Made by a program: the position numbers and the translations under genes. Positions 16,482 to 23,488 of a stretch of DNA of 64,000 nt are shown in pieces; positions within the stretch are counted from its first letter, which is position 1, and each line of letters opens with the position of its first letter. Below the pieces are notes generated by a model. That model had not been told where the DNA came from. It saw nothing but the letters and a program-made list of their open reading frames with translations, and did not search any database. The stretch spans positions 19,809 to 83,808 of the IMG/VR virus record IMGVR_UViG_3300038393_000457, one strand, 5' to 3'. The DNA is from a virus (lineage: Duplodnaviria; Caudoviricetes).

Positions 16482-16712
16482 ATGACAGATTGGGGAACAG
16501 GTTGCACAGAGACGAGTGATGATTGTACTCTTCACAACCTTCATTGTGGTTATCCAAATTATCCTAAAGGTAAAAGGGATAAAGCAAAGATCAAAACTCC
16601 AACGGAGTTGATCGTGGAAAGAATGAGAAGTCTTGGTCTAGCTATCAATGACGCTCAGAGAATCGCCAATGAAGTTGTTCATGTACTTGGACAAAATGGT
16701 TATTTGAAATAG
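16482..16712 (+). CDS. Hypothetical protein
   Basis: GAGG RBS, 76 aa. Confidence 0.55.
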   Translation: MTDWGTGCTETSDDCTLHNLHCGYPNYPKGKRDKAKIKTPTELIVERMRSLGLAINDAQRIANEVVHVLGQNGYLK

Positions 16713-16718
16713 AAATTT

Positions 16719-16798
16719 GGGGGACGGGACTGCTTGGGGTGGTCGTCGCACTTGCAATGCGAATATTCAGCAGGGTTCAAATCCCTGGTTCTCCACCA
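16719..16798 (+). tRNA. tRNA-Ala(UGC)
   Basis: TCGCA-CTTGCAA-TGCGA; G3:U70 pair; ACCA end. Confidence 0.9.
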
Positions 16799-16800
16799 AA

Positions 16801-16919
16801 ATTAACATACACCAGCGCCGCGTGGTTATACTAATCACCTAAGACGTGAAAGCATTCGAAAGAATGGGCCTGTTGGAGCAAAATACGGTGCGGATAAACT
16901 TGCTTTCATGTATGTTAAT
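16801..16919 (+). ncRNA. Structured ncRNA candidate (about 120 nt)
   Basis: Terminal 10-bp stem ATTAACATAC/GTATGTTAAT; internal GTGAAAGCA/TGCTTTCAT. Confidence 0.5.
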
Positions 16920-16931
16920 ATTCTAGAAATA

Positions 16932-17174
16932 GTCAGCTAACAACTTCCCCGTAGAAGGGGTGGCCAGTCACAAATCGACGGCCTGACAAATGGTTAGCAC
17001 AATTCAGAGCTTAGACCGGGATCGATTCACTCAGAAGCTATCAGTGACCGGCTATGTGGTTGTTGTCTCGCAATGCTTCTGGCACGCAACCAGAAATTAT
17101 GCAGGTACCATTCGCGTGAAGATTTGGCTAAGCTAATGTGATAATCTGAGGCCTGCACCACATTAGATGTTGAC
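16932..17174 (+). ncRNA. Structured ncRNA candidate (about 240 nt) with probable pseudoknot
   Basis: Closing GTCAGC/GTTGAC; TGCAGG/CCTGCA crossed by CTAATGTG (17133-17140)/CACATTAG (17159-17166). Confidence 0.5.
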
Positions 17175-17204
17175 AGTAAGTAGAGTTTTTGTTAGTATGT
17201 GTTT

Positions 17205-17636
17205 GTTCGTTCTTAGAGAAATGCCGTGACAGAGTGATCACGTTTTACTTTTCGGACGGAATGTGCCCTGGTAAACAACTACGGGGCGGGAGTAGGAGTG
17301 AGAAGGATAAAGTCCTTGAAGACTGGAAAGTATGTTGTAGCGTCCAGTTGGAGAGAGCAACACGACAGAACATAGTCTAGAAAAGCGTGTTGTATCCGTT
17401 AATAACGGATGAGTCGTTGATAATGTACTAAGCGGCCACTTGGTAAGTTTGAGACTCTGACTGATTAATCCCCTCATGTTTGAAACTCGGAGGCCTTGAC
17501 AGCCACCCGGCATTTCTCTAAGATCGAATGATTGTAGACGCTAAGGTTTAATTTGACCTCAGAAGTGAAAACCAATAAAGATTGTTGGTGATAGTATCTT
17601 CGATTACGAGACGATTTGAAAGGGTCGGTTCTACAT
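17205..17636 (+). ncRNA. Large structured ncRNA candidate (about 430 nt)
   Basis: Perfect 16-bp long-range stem 17211-17226/17508-17523 plus many internal helices; no credible ORF. Confidence 0.6.
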
Positions 17637-17646
17637 TTGTTTTTAT

Positions 17647-17721
17647 ACGGGAGTAGCTCAGTGAAAGAGCGTCTGGCATCAGGTCAGAAGGTCGGTGGTT
17701 CAAGTCCATCCTTCCGTGCCA
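17647..17721 (+). tRNA. Degenerate tRNA with UCA at the anticodon position (probable pseudo-tRNA, Pro-like body)
   Basis: ACGGGAG/CTTCCGT-GCCA; TCTGG-CATCAGG-TCAGA; A33, and D loop lacks GG. Confidence 0.55.
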
Positions 17722-17726
17722 ATTAT

Positions 17727-17781
17727 GGAGGGCTTCCTAAGGGTATGGGAGCTAAGTGCGCTAGAGGTGCAACCTCCACCA
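17727..17781 (+). ncRNA. 55-nt CCA-terminated mini tRNA-like RNA
   Basis: GGAGG/CCTCC-ACCA closing two short hairpins. Confidence 0.55.
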
Positions 17782-17848
17782 GTTTTTGATATAGACAACG
17801 ACGATGATGATCTTACCTGTATTTGGAGAAATTTAATTTCTTCTTAGT

Positions 17849-17921
17849 ACACCAGTGTTCCGACAGGTAAGGGAGACGTCTTTTAAACGTCTATATGTGG
17901 GTTCAAATCCCACCTGGTGTA
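17849..17921 (+). tRNA. tRNA-Lys(UUU), encoded end ACTA not ACCA
   Basis: ACACCAG/CTGGTGT; GACGT-CTTTTAA-ACGTC. Confidence 0.85.
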
Positions 17922-18634
17922 CTAAGAAGAAATTTTTTCTTTACAGTATTATAATTAGCACCTCTTGGACTTTTTCCTTGTGCAATAAGATATTGACGAA
18001 TAGAAGGATATCCTTCTATTTCAATTTTCTTGGTGTTCTTTCTACGTCTTATATTTCTACCTCTCCATGTATCTGTTTGTGAATGACAATTTGGGCATAG
18101 AAATTCCACATTTTCTCTTGTGTTATTATGATGATTACCATCCTTATGTTCAAATTCCAATGTAATTGGTTTACCTAACCAAGTGTCATTATGACATTTA
18201 TTGCACCTATTTTCTTGATCTCTTAATACCTGTTCTTTAAGTTCTTTGACATATGATAATGGATTTCTTTCTCGTCTTTTTGCATGTTCTATTTTCCATT
18301 TAAGACCATCCATTAATCTTTTATGTTCCATTGAACAAAATTTCTTTTGTTTTCTGCTAAGTATATTATAACAACCATCAATTCCACAATAACAATTTTT
18401 ATTATCTAAATCCTTTAGACGTTGGAAATTGTTGACTCTGGTGGAACAACTATTGCAGCAATATTTTGGATTTCTTGTGTTTTTGTTGCATTCTTGGTTC
18501 ATACATTGATGTGGTTGTCTCATTATTTGACTTTCATTTTTTGTTATGTTAGTATTTACCATACTAAATAATTGATCAAAAGTCAATTGGATATTATAAA
18601 TAGGATTTCCGGCACGATGTAATGGTGCCGCCAA
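17903..18634 (-). CDS. HNH homing endonuclease with N-terminal Cys-rich repeats
   Basis: CNKC...LEFEHKDGNHHNNTRENVEFLCPNCHSQT; AT-rich; true start may be downstream of the listed one. Confidence 0.85.
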   Translation of the reverse strand: MAAPLHRAGNPIYNIQLTFDQLFSMVNTNITKNESQIMRQPHQCMNQECNKNTRNPKYCCNSCSTRVNNFQRLKDLDNKNCYCGIDGCYNILSRKQKKFCSMEHKRLMDGLKWKIEHAKRRERNPLSYVKELKEQVLRDQENRCNKCHNDTWLGKPITLEFEHKDGNHHNNTRENVEFLCPNCHSQTDTWRGRNIRRRKNTKKIEIEGYPSIRQYLIAQGKSPRGANYNTVKKKFLLSTPGGI

Positions 18635-19045
18635 GAACGTCGGTCAGATATGGCCGATTGGATCGCTCAGGTGGTCCTAGGTTCTTGGACAAGTTTTGCG
18701 GTAGCTTACGGATGTTTGTCTAGGTCGAAAGACTAAATTTCGGAGTGTGAAGGAAGCACGGTGGTCTTTTAGACGACCAGAATCGGATCGTTACCGGTCG
18801 AAATTTTCCGCAACTAAATAGACAACCGTAGTGTGAAGAACACGTAAATCGGATGAATTTTTGGCATTGAGTGTTTGGGAAAGTATGATATCTGACTGCA
18901 CTGGTTGATGCATTCCAGACGGTCTAACTCAACTATCACCGTTGGTTATCATGGTACATGGTGGAAATGGTATACACGCACGTTTTGAAGACGGGCGCTC
19001 GAAAGAGATTGCAGGTTCGAATCCTGTTGTACACTGTGACGATCC
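18610..19045 (+). ncRNA. Large structured ncRNA candidate with an embedded tRNA-like domain
   Basis: Stems 18631-18638/18681-18688; 10-bp long-range stem 18785-18794/19036-19045 encloses the tRNA-Leu-like module. Confidence 0.5.
18952..19035 (+). pseudogene. tRNA-Leu-like module (UGA at anticodon position), incomplete acceptor, no CCA
   Basis: TGGTGGAAATGGTATACAC D arm typical of Leu; CTC-GAAA-GAG V arm; GCAGG-TTCGAAT-CCTGT; only 5 acceptor pairs. Confidence 0.55.
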
Positions 19046-19062
19046 ATTCACTTGATTTTTGT

Positions 19063-19136
19063 TGCTCTTTCGTCTAACGGCAGGACCGGTGCCTTTGACT
19101 CACCAGATTGAGGTTCGAATCCTTGAAGAGCAGCCA
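19063..19136 (+). tRNA. tRNA-Gln(UUG)
   Basis: TGCTCTT/AAGAGCA-GCCA; loop CTTTGAC. Confidence 0.85.
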
Positions 19137-19194
19137 ATTCTCGTTTTAAGGTAAGGGTTTTCCTCAGCGTTAAAAATCCTTCCAACAGGATTAT

Positions 19195-19269
19195 ACTCTC
19201 GTCGTCTAGTGGCTAAGGCGCGCGCTTGATAGGCGTGAAAACGGGGATCGAAACCTCGCGGGAGTACCA
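19195..19269 (+). tRNA. tRNA-Ile(GAU)
   Basis: ACTCTCG/CGGGAGT-ACCA; CGCGC-TTGATAG-GCGTG; T loop ATCGAAA. Confidence 0.82.
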
Positions 19270-19285
19270 ATTTAAGAGGTATATT

Positions 19286-19492
19286 ATGTCTGATAATAGC
19301 AGTAGTTCTAGTAGCGGTGGTATTGGTGTTTTCGGTTTGCTTGGTGTTGCATTCGTTGTTCTCAAGCTGACTGGATATATTGATTGGTCTTGGTGGTTAG
19401 TCACTCTACCATTTTGGGGTGGATTGGCTTTTGTTATTGCCTTTCTACTGATTATCTTCCTCGGTGCGGTTTTCTTAGAAATGAGAAAATAA
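19286..19492 (+). CDS. Small phage transmembrane protein
   Basis: MSDNSSSSSSGGIG-FGLL-VAFVVLKLTG-IDWSWW-V--P-W pattern widespread in phages; GAGG RBS. Confidence 0.75.
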   Translation: MSDNSSSSSSGGIGVFGLLGVAFVVLKLTGYIDWSWWLVTLPFWGGLAFVIAFLLIIFLGAVFLEMRK

Positions 19493-19495
19493 GTA

Positions 19496-19567
19496 GTCTC
19501 TCAGGTGTTGCAGGCGGCACAAGACTGTGGTATAGTTTAGGGCGCGTTTCGATTACGCGGAGAGGCA
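19496..19567 (+). pseudogene. Degenerate tRNA (GGU, Thr-like), no CCA
   Basis: GTCTCTC/GAGAGGC; CGCGT-TTCGATT-ACGCG; AGACT-GTGGTAT-AGTTT. Confidence 0.55.
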
Positions 19568-19572
19568 CATAG

Positions 19573-19629
19573 ACGGTGGATTTCCCTAAGTAAGCATAGG
19601 TAAGACTTGCTTAAAGGAAATCCACCGTG
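19573..19629 (+). promoter_or_regulatory. RBS/start-sequestering hairpin of GIY-YIG gene
   Basis: ACGGTGGATTTCC (19573-19585) / GGAAATCCACCGT (19616-19628) covers the RBS and GTG start; late-like CCTAAGTA at 19585. Confidence 0.7.
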
Positions 19630-20256
19630 TTCTATACGATTTATAAGATAACTAATAAAATTAATGGAAAATATTACATTGGTAAACATCAAACTGAAAA
19701 TTTAGATGATGGTTATTTTGGTTCTGGTAAATTAATCAAAAAAGCCATTAAAAAATATGGCATAGAAAATTTTATTAAAGAAATCTTGTTCGTGTATGAT
19801 AATGAACAAGAAATGAATGAGAAAGAAAAGGAATTAGTAACCTTAAGAGAAGATAGTTATAACCTTTGTCCTGGTGGACAAGGTGGATTTGGTTATATTA
19901 ATAAAATAATATCGAAAGATGATAGATCAAAATATGGTAAAATTGGCGGCATCAAAATATCCACAGAAATTCAAACAAAAGGATTGTTCTTCAAAAATCT
20001 TACCAACAAATTTTCTAAAGGAAATCCATACCGATTTACTAAAGAAAATAATTACATGGCAGGTAAACAACATTCCTTAGAAGTGAAGAAAAAAATTGGT
20101 GAAGCGAATTCTTTACATCAGTCTGGTAAAAAGAATTCTCAATATGGTACTTGTTGGATATATCATCCACAACTAGGTAATAAGAAGATTGACAAAGAAG
20201 AACTAAATAAATATATTGAATTGGGCTATATTAAAGGCCGTCAAAAGTGGTATTAG
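19627..20256 (+). CDS. GIY-YIG homing endonuclease, Seg-like, with NUMOD3-like segment
   Basis: IYKITNKINGKYYIGKH...GYFGSG; GKQHSLEVKKKIGE; KNSQYGTCWI. Confidence 0.9.
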   Translation: MFYTIYKITNKINGKYYIGKHQTENLDDGYFGSGKLIKKAIKKYGIENFIKEILFVYDNEQEMNEKEKELVTLREDSYNLCPGGQGGFGYINKIISKDDRSKYGKIGGIKISTEIQTKGLFFKNLTNKFSKGNPYRFTKENNYMAGKQHSLEVKKKIGEANSLHQSGKKNSQYGTCWIYHPQLGNKKIDKEELNKYIELGYIKGRQKWY

Positions 20257-20277
20257 AGTTTGTAGAATGAGATTTGC

Positions 20278-20352
20278 TCCATCCGGACGATCAAGGTGAA
20301 CGTGCTCGCCTGTTAAGCGAGATTAAGACAGGTTCGATGCCTGTGGATGGAG
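20278..20352 (+). tRNA. tRNA-Asn(GUU), encoded end GCTA not GCCA
   Basis: TCCATCC/GGATGGA; CTCGC-CTGTTAA-GCGAG. Confidence 0.85.
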
Positions 20353-20553
20353 CTAATCTCATTCAATAATTTTGGAGTTGTGATGAATAAGTTGTTGAAT
20401 GCCTTTGAACGTTGGATGTGCGAATATCCACCCCTGTTGGATGACACCAAGGATATGAATGAACGTCCTGGTGGTTTTTGGACCTATCGTGCGAAGAAAG
20501 CATATCCACCTGGTCGCGGTCCAGAAAAATATTGGGATGATTTAGAAAAGAAT

Positions 20554-20626
20554 GCCTAGTGGTCTCGGGTACCAATCTGGTCTCATAAGCTGGATGTGAT
20601 TGGTTCAAATCCAATACGAGGCACCA
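20554..20626 (+). tRNA. tRNA with CAU anticodon (Met or Ile2), reduced D arm
   Basis: GCCTAGT/ACGAGGC-ACCA; loop CTCATAA; ATTGG-TTCAAAT-CCAAT. Confidence 0.7.
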
Positions 20627-20723
20627 AAATTGCGGAAAGACTACCATGGATGTCGTCACAGGGACCGTGACCTTGCGCGTTGAGGATAGACTGTTGACCC
20701 GCAATAGTATTTGTGTATAATTT

Positions 20724-20805
20724 GCCAAGTTCGCATAGCGGCGATTGCAGCACTTTTGTAAAGTGCCATTCCACATCGGGGGTTCGAGTCCCTCACTTGG
20801 CTCCA
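20724..20805 (+). tRNA. tRNA-Thr(UGU), enlarged variable region
   Basis: GCCAAGT/ACTTGGC-TCCA; GCACT-TTTGTAA-AGTGC; 11-nt variable region. Confidence 0.88.
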
Positions 20806-20891
20806 ATTAATGTTGACCTTGTGACTATGCCGGTGGAAGTTGATAGCCCCATAGATATGGAAGAATCAGCGACTCAAGGAAGCCGTCAACA

Positions 20892-20921
20892 TTGACAAGA
20901 TTTTGTATTATGGTATAAATA
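20892..20921 (+). promoter_or_regulatory. Composite promoter: sigma70-like -35 and T4-late consensus TATAAATA
   Basis: TTGACA at 20892 and TATAAATA at 20914-20921. Confidence 0.55.
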
Positions 20922-21079
20922 GATCATGTTTAGAGTTTTAGTTAGTTGGGCAGTTATTGCAGCTTTTATATTGGGATTGATGGATTGGGCGTATGATCTA
21001 TCTGAACGTTACAATCAACCAAACCCAAATAGAGCAGTAATTGTGGTTCCAAAGGAGCCAATAAAATATTAATTGTAAT

Positions 21080-21152
21080 GCGGGTGTTCTCCTGGGAGAG
21101 GACATTGCCTTCCAAGCAATTGAAGAGGGTTCGAATCCCTTCACCCGCTCCA
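21080..21152 (+). tRNA. tRNA-Gly(UCC)
   Basis: GCGGGTG/CACCCGC-TCCA; ATTGC-CTTCCAA-GCAAT. Confidence 0.88.
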
Positions 21153-21163
21153 TTATTTCTGAA

Positions 21164-21715
21164 GTGATGTTAAATAAAATAGAATGTCAAAAATTATATG
21201 ACCAAGGTTTCTCTTTAAAAGAGATTGCAGAAAAATTTGGTACCTATAAATTGAAGATTCAAAGACTTGGTCTGGATATTAGGACAAGTCATGAGTCAAG
21301 AGAATTTCGTAATAACCACAAGTTAACAACGGAACAAAAGAAAAAATTATCATTGATAGCCATCAAAAGAGGTTTTGGTGGTACAAACAGAAGAAAGACA
21401 TTTCTATACAAAAATGTTATTTTGGAAAGTTCTTATGAATTGAAAGTGGCTAAAGAATTAGATAATAATGGAATTTTGTGGGAACGACCCAAAAGATTTC
21501 ATTGGATTGATAATTTTGGAATTAAGCACCATTATACGCCAGATTTTTATCTTCTAGATTATGATCTATATCTTGATCCCAAAAATGATTATCTAATTAA
21601 AAAAGATAAAGACAAAATTGAAAGAGTTCAAAACCAAAACAACATAAAGATATTTGTTATTGATAAGTATCATTTGACGTGGAAAGATATTTCTGTTATA
21701 ATAGGTAAATCTTAA
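21164..21715 (+). CDS. Free-standing endonuclease-like protein (HTH + PD-(D/E)XK/TnsA-like domain)
   Basis: LESSYELKVAKELD...HYTPDFYL...LYLDPKND; same family as 15778-16386; AT-rich. Confidence 0.75.
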   Translation: MMLNKIECQKLYDQGFSLKEIAEKFGTYKLKIQRLGLDIRTSHESREFRNNHKLTTEQKKKLSLIAIKRGFGGTNRRKTFLYKNVILESSYELKVAKELDNNGILWERPKRFHWIDNFGIKHHYTPDFYLLDYDLYLDPKNDYLIKKDKDKIERVQNQNNIKIFVIDKYHLTWKDISVIIGKS

Positions 21716-21728
21716 ATAGAGGTGTATT

Positions 21729-21935
21729 GTGATGGTATTTCTTGCTTGGATTGTTGTTGCTTTTGTCATTATCGGAGGTGCCCTTGCTATGATGAAGGGT
21801 TTCAATAAGGGTCCAGACTATTCGTCTGAAACCGACGGTAAGGTTCTGGATACTTCTGACAATACCTGGAAGACACCAGAAGAACTGATGTCGTCTGCTA
21901 ATTCTTTTACGCAAATTGTAAATTCGGTTCAATAA
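21729..21935 (+). CDS. Small membrane protein
   Basis: N-terminal TM helix; GAGG RBS. Confidence 0.55.
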   Translation: MMVFLAWIVVAFVIIGGALAMMKGFNKGPDYSSETDGKVLDTSDNTWKTPEELMSSANSFTQIVNSVQ

Positions 21936-21943
21936 GTTTGAAT

Positions 21944-22019
21944 GCCGCTTTGGCTGTGATGGTTCAAGCACCGCGCTGAAGACGTGGATATCTCGGTTCG
22001 ATCCCGAGGGGCGGCTCCA
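21944..22019 (+). tRNA. tRNA-Phe(GAA)
   Basis: GCCGCTT/GGGCGGC-TCCA; CCGCG-CTGAAGA-CGTGG. Confidence 0.88.
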
Positions 22020-22036
22020 TTTTCTATGAGGTTAAA

Positions 22037-22480
22037 ATGGTAATTGTTGGTCTAGTTTTGATTCTTGGCATTCTTGGTTGGATCGTATATGAAAAGATTG
22101 TCAAGAATGAAAGGATTGCAGCACAAGTAATTCGTGAACGTGAATTGGATGAAGAAGTTGTCCGAGATAGGGTTTATGATCCGGTACTGAATGATATTGT
22201 TTTGGATCGTATCAATAAGCTTCGTGTCTACAATGGACGTACTCCATTGACAATGGAACAAGCAAAGTCTGCGATCGATATGCGTAAACTTCATTCCGTA
22301 GACACCATTATTTCAAGTGCTCCTGGTGGTAAGCGTCAATGTGTTGACACCAATGAGAAATTTTTGGAATATTTGAATCCTGATTATGCTGTTGAAATTG
22401 AAAAGCCTGGTACTCCTTTGAATAAAGGAATCTTTGCTGCTATTGACAAAGATATGCAAAAGAATAAGAAGACTAAGTAA
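22037..22480 (+). CDS. Membrane-anchored hypothetical protein
   Basis: N-terminal TM helix; GAGG RBS. Confidence 0.6.
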   Translation: MVIVGLVLILGILGWIVYEKIVKNERIAAQVIRERELDEEVVRDRVYDPVLNDIVLDRINKLRVYNGRTPLTMEQAKSAIDMRKLHSVDTIISSAPGGKRQCVDTNEKFLEYLNPDYAVEIEKPGTPLNKGIFAAIDKDMQKNKKTK

Positions 22481-22489
22481 AGAGTAATT

Positions 22490-22574
22490 GCGGGTGTCGG
22501 ATAGCGGCTATTCCGCTTCCTTGCCAAGGAAGAGCCGAAAGGCATCATGGGTTCGAGTCCCATTACCCGCTCCA
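22490..22574 (+). tRNA. tRNA-Gly(GCC) with long variable arm
   Basis: GCGGGTG/TACCCGC-TCCA; CTTCC-TTGCCAA-GGAAG; V arm GCC-GAAA-GGC. Confidence 0.88.
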
Positions 22575-22824
22575 ATCCCTCCCATCTAACGTGTCTCAAT
22601 GGATGGTGTATGATTGCTGGTTCAATTTTCTGTCAGATGCGGCACGCGACTTTGGCAGTAAACGGTAGTCTCTCCAGCTATAAAAAGGATGAAACCGAAT
22701 ATTTCTTTGTGTGATCAGTAGTGAATTTTGCGACACGTAAGTCTAGCTATTGGTTCCACCTTGTATGATCTGTGTCGAGGAGTGGCGGATGCTTAAACTT
22801 GACAAGTGTGAATATGAGTTTTAT

Positions 22825-22908
22825 ATCGGTGCTAGGGTAGTGGGATACCTAACTGTCTCCAAAACAGTCGCCTAGAGCTAGGGGGTTCGATTCCTCACAC
22901 CGGTGCCA
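22825..22908 (+). tRNA. tRNA-Trp(CCA), enlarged variable region
   Basis: ATCGGTG/CACCGGT-GCCA; ACTGT-CTCCAAA-ACAGT; 12-nt variable region. Confidence 0.82.
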
Positions 22909-22914
22909 TAGCGT

Positions 22915-23143
22915 GCTAGACGTTATCTAGCCTGGTCCTATGACAGTTCCATAGGAAGGGATTTGTTGATTGTTCCTGGAACAATACAATCATCGCGAAA
23001 TTCTCTGCCCCTATAGTTTACTTTAGGGCCCCCCGAGTCCTTCGTGACACGGGACGATGCCTGCAAGTGTGACCTTGCAGGGACCAATGGAGTAATCTGT
23101 TGGTATAGGGTAGCCAGCGTTCCCCATGTCACAGAAACGCTGG
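22915..23143 (+). ncRNA. Tandem hairpin array, ncRNA candidate
   Basis: At least six consecutive 6-8 bp hairpins, e.g. CCTGCAAG/CTTGCAGG and CCAGCGTT/AACGCTGG. Confidence 0.45.
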
Positions 23144-23152
23144 GTTTATTTT

Positions 23153-23228
23153 GGTTCCGAAGAGCAAAGGATAGAGCCTCTTCCCTGTCTAGGAAGAGTA
23201 GGGGGTTTGAGTCCCCCCGGAATCGCCA
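23153..23228 (+). tRNA. tRNA-Asp(GUC)
   Basis: GGTTCCG/CGGAATC-GCCA; CTTCC-CTGTCTA-GGAAG; T loop TTTGAGT; weak D stem. Confidence 0.8.
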
Positions 23229-23229
23229 T

Positions 23230-23396
23230 TTTCTCCACGCGGCAGGAAGCGGGGTCCACTGAAACAGCCCGTAAGGATAAAAGGAATTAGGAGTCCAGTA
23301 GAATAAGATTTCATTTGAAAGTTGCCGTCTGAGACGGATTTGGTATAACTGCGGTGGATATTATTCGTGAAGCTTGTCCCTTGGTCCTTGGAGAAA
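23230..23396 (+). ncRNA. Structured ncRNA candidate (about 170 nt)
   Basis: Closing stem TTTCTCCA/TGGAGAAA between tRNA-Asp and tRNA-His; no ORF. Confidence 0.4.
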
Positions 23397-23405
23397 GTTA
23401 TTGAC

Positions 23406-23478
23406 GTGGGCGTGGTGTAGTGGTAGCACAGGAGATTGTGATTCTCCAGGGATGGGTTCGAACCCCAAGCTCACCCCA
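23406..23478 (+). tRNA. tRNA-His(GUG)
   Basis: GGAGA-TTGTGAT-TCTCC; C73-CCA; acceptor/T junction one nucleotide short. Confidence 0.82.
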
Positions 23479-23488
23479 GATTTTTATG

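Noticed and set aside
16846-16880. c-di-GMP-I riboswitch-like segment (CATTC-GAAA-GAATGG)
   Set aside because: Only the GAAA-capped hairpin resembles it; the GCAAA/GACGCAAA junction and second stem are missing, and no gene follows
11048-17174. tmRNA (one- or two-piece) as explanation for the split tRNA-like elements or the pseudoknotted RNA
   Set aside because: The split elements lack the G3:U70 alanine determinant, and no ANDN-like tag frame ending in AA was found
17647-17721. Genome-wide UGA stop-codon reassignment implied by the UCA tRNA
   Set aside because: Many clear genes end in TGA with ATGA/TGATG coupling, long genes are uninterrupted in the standard code, and the tRNA has A33
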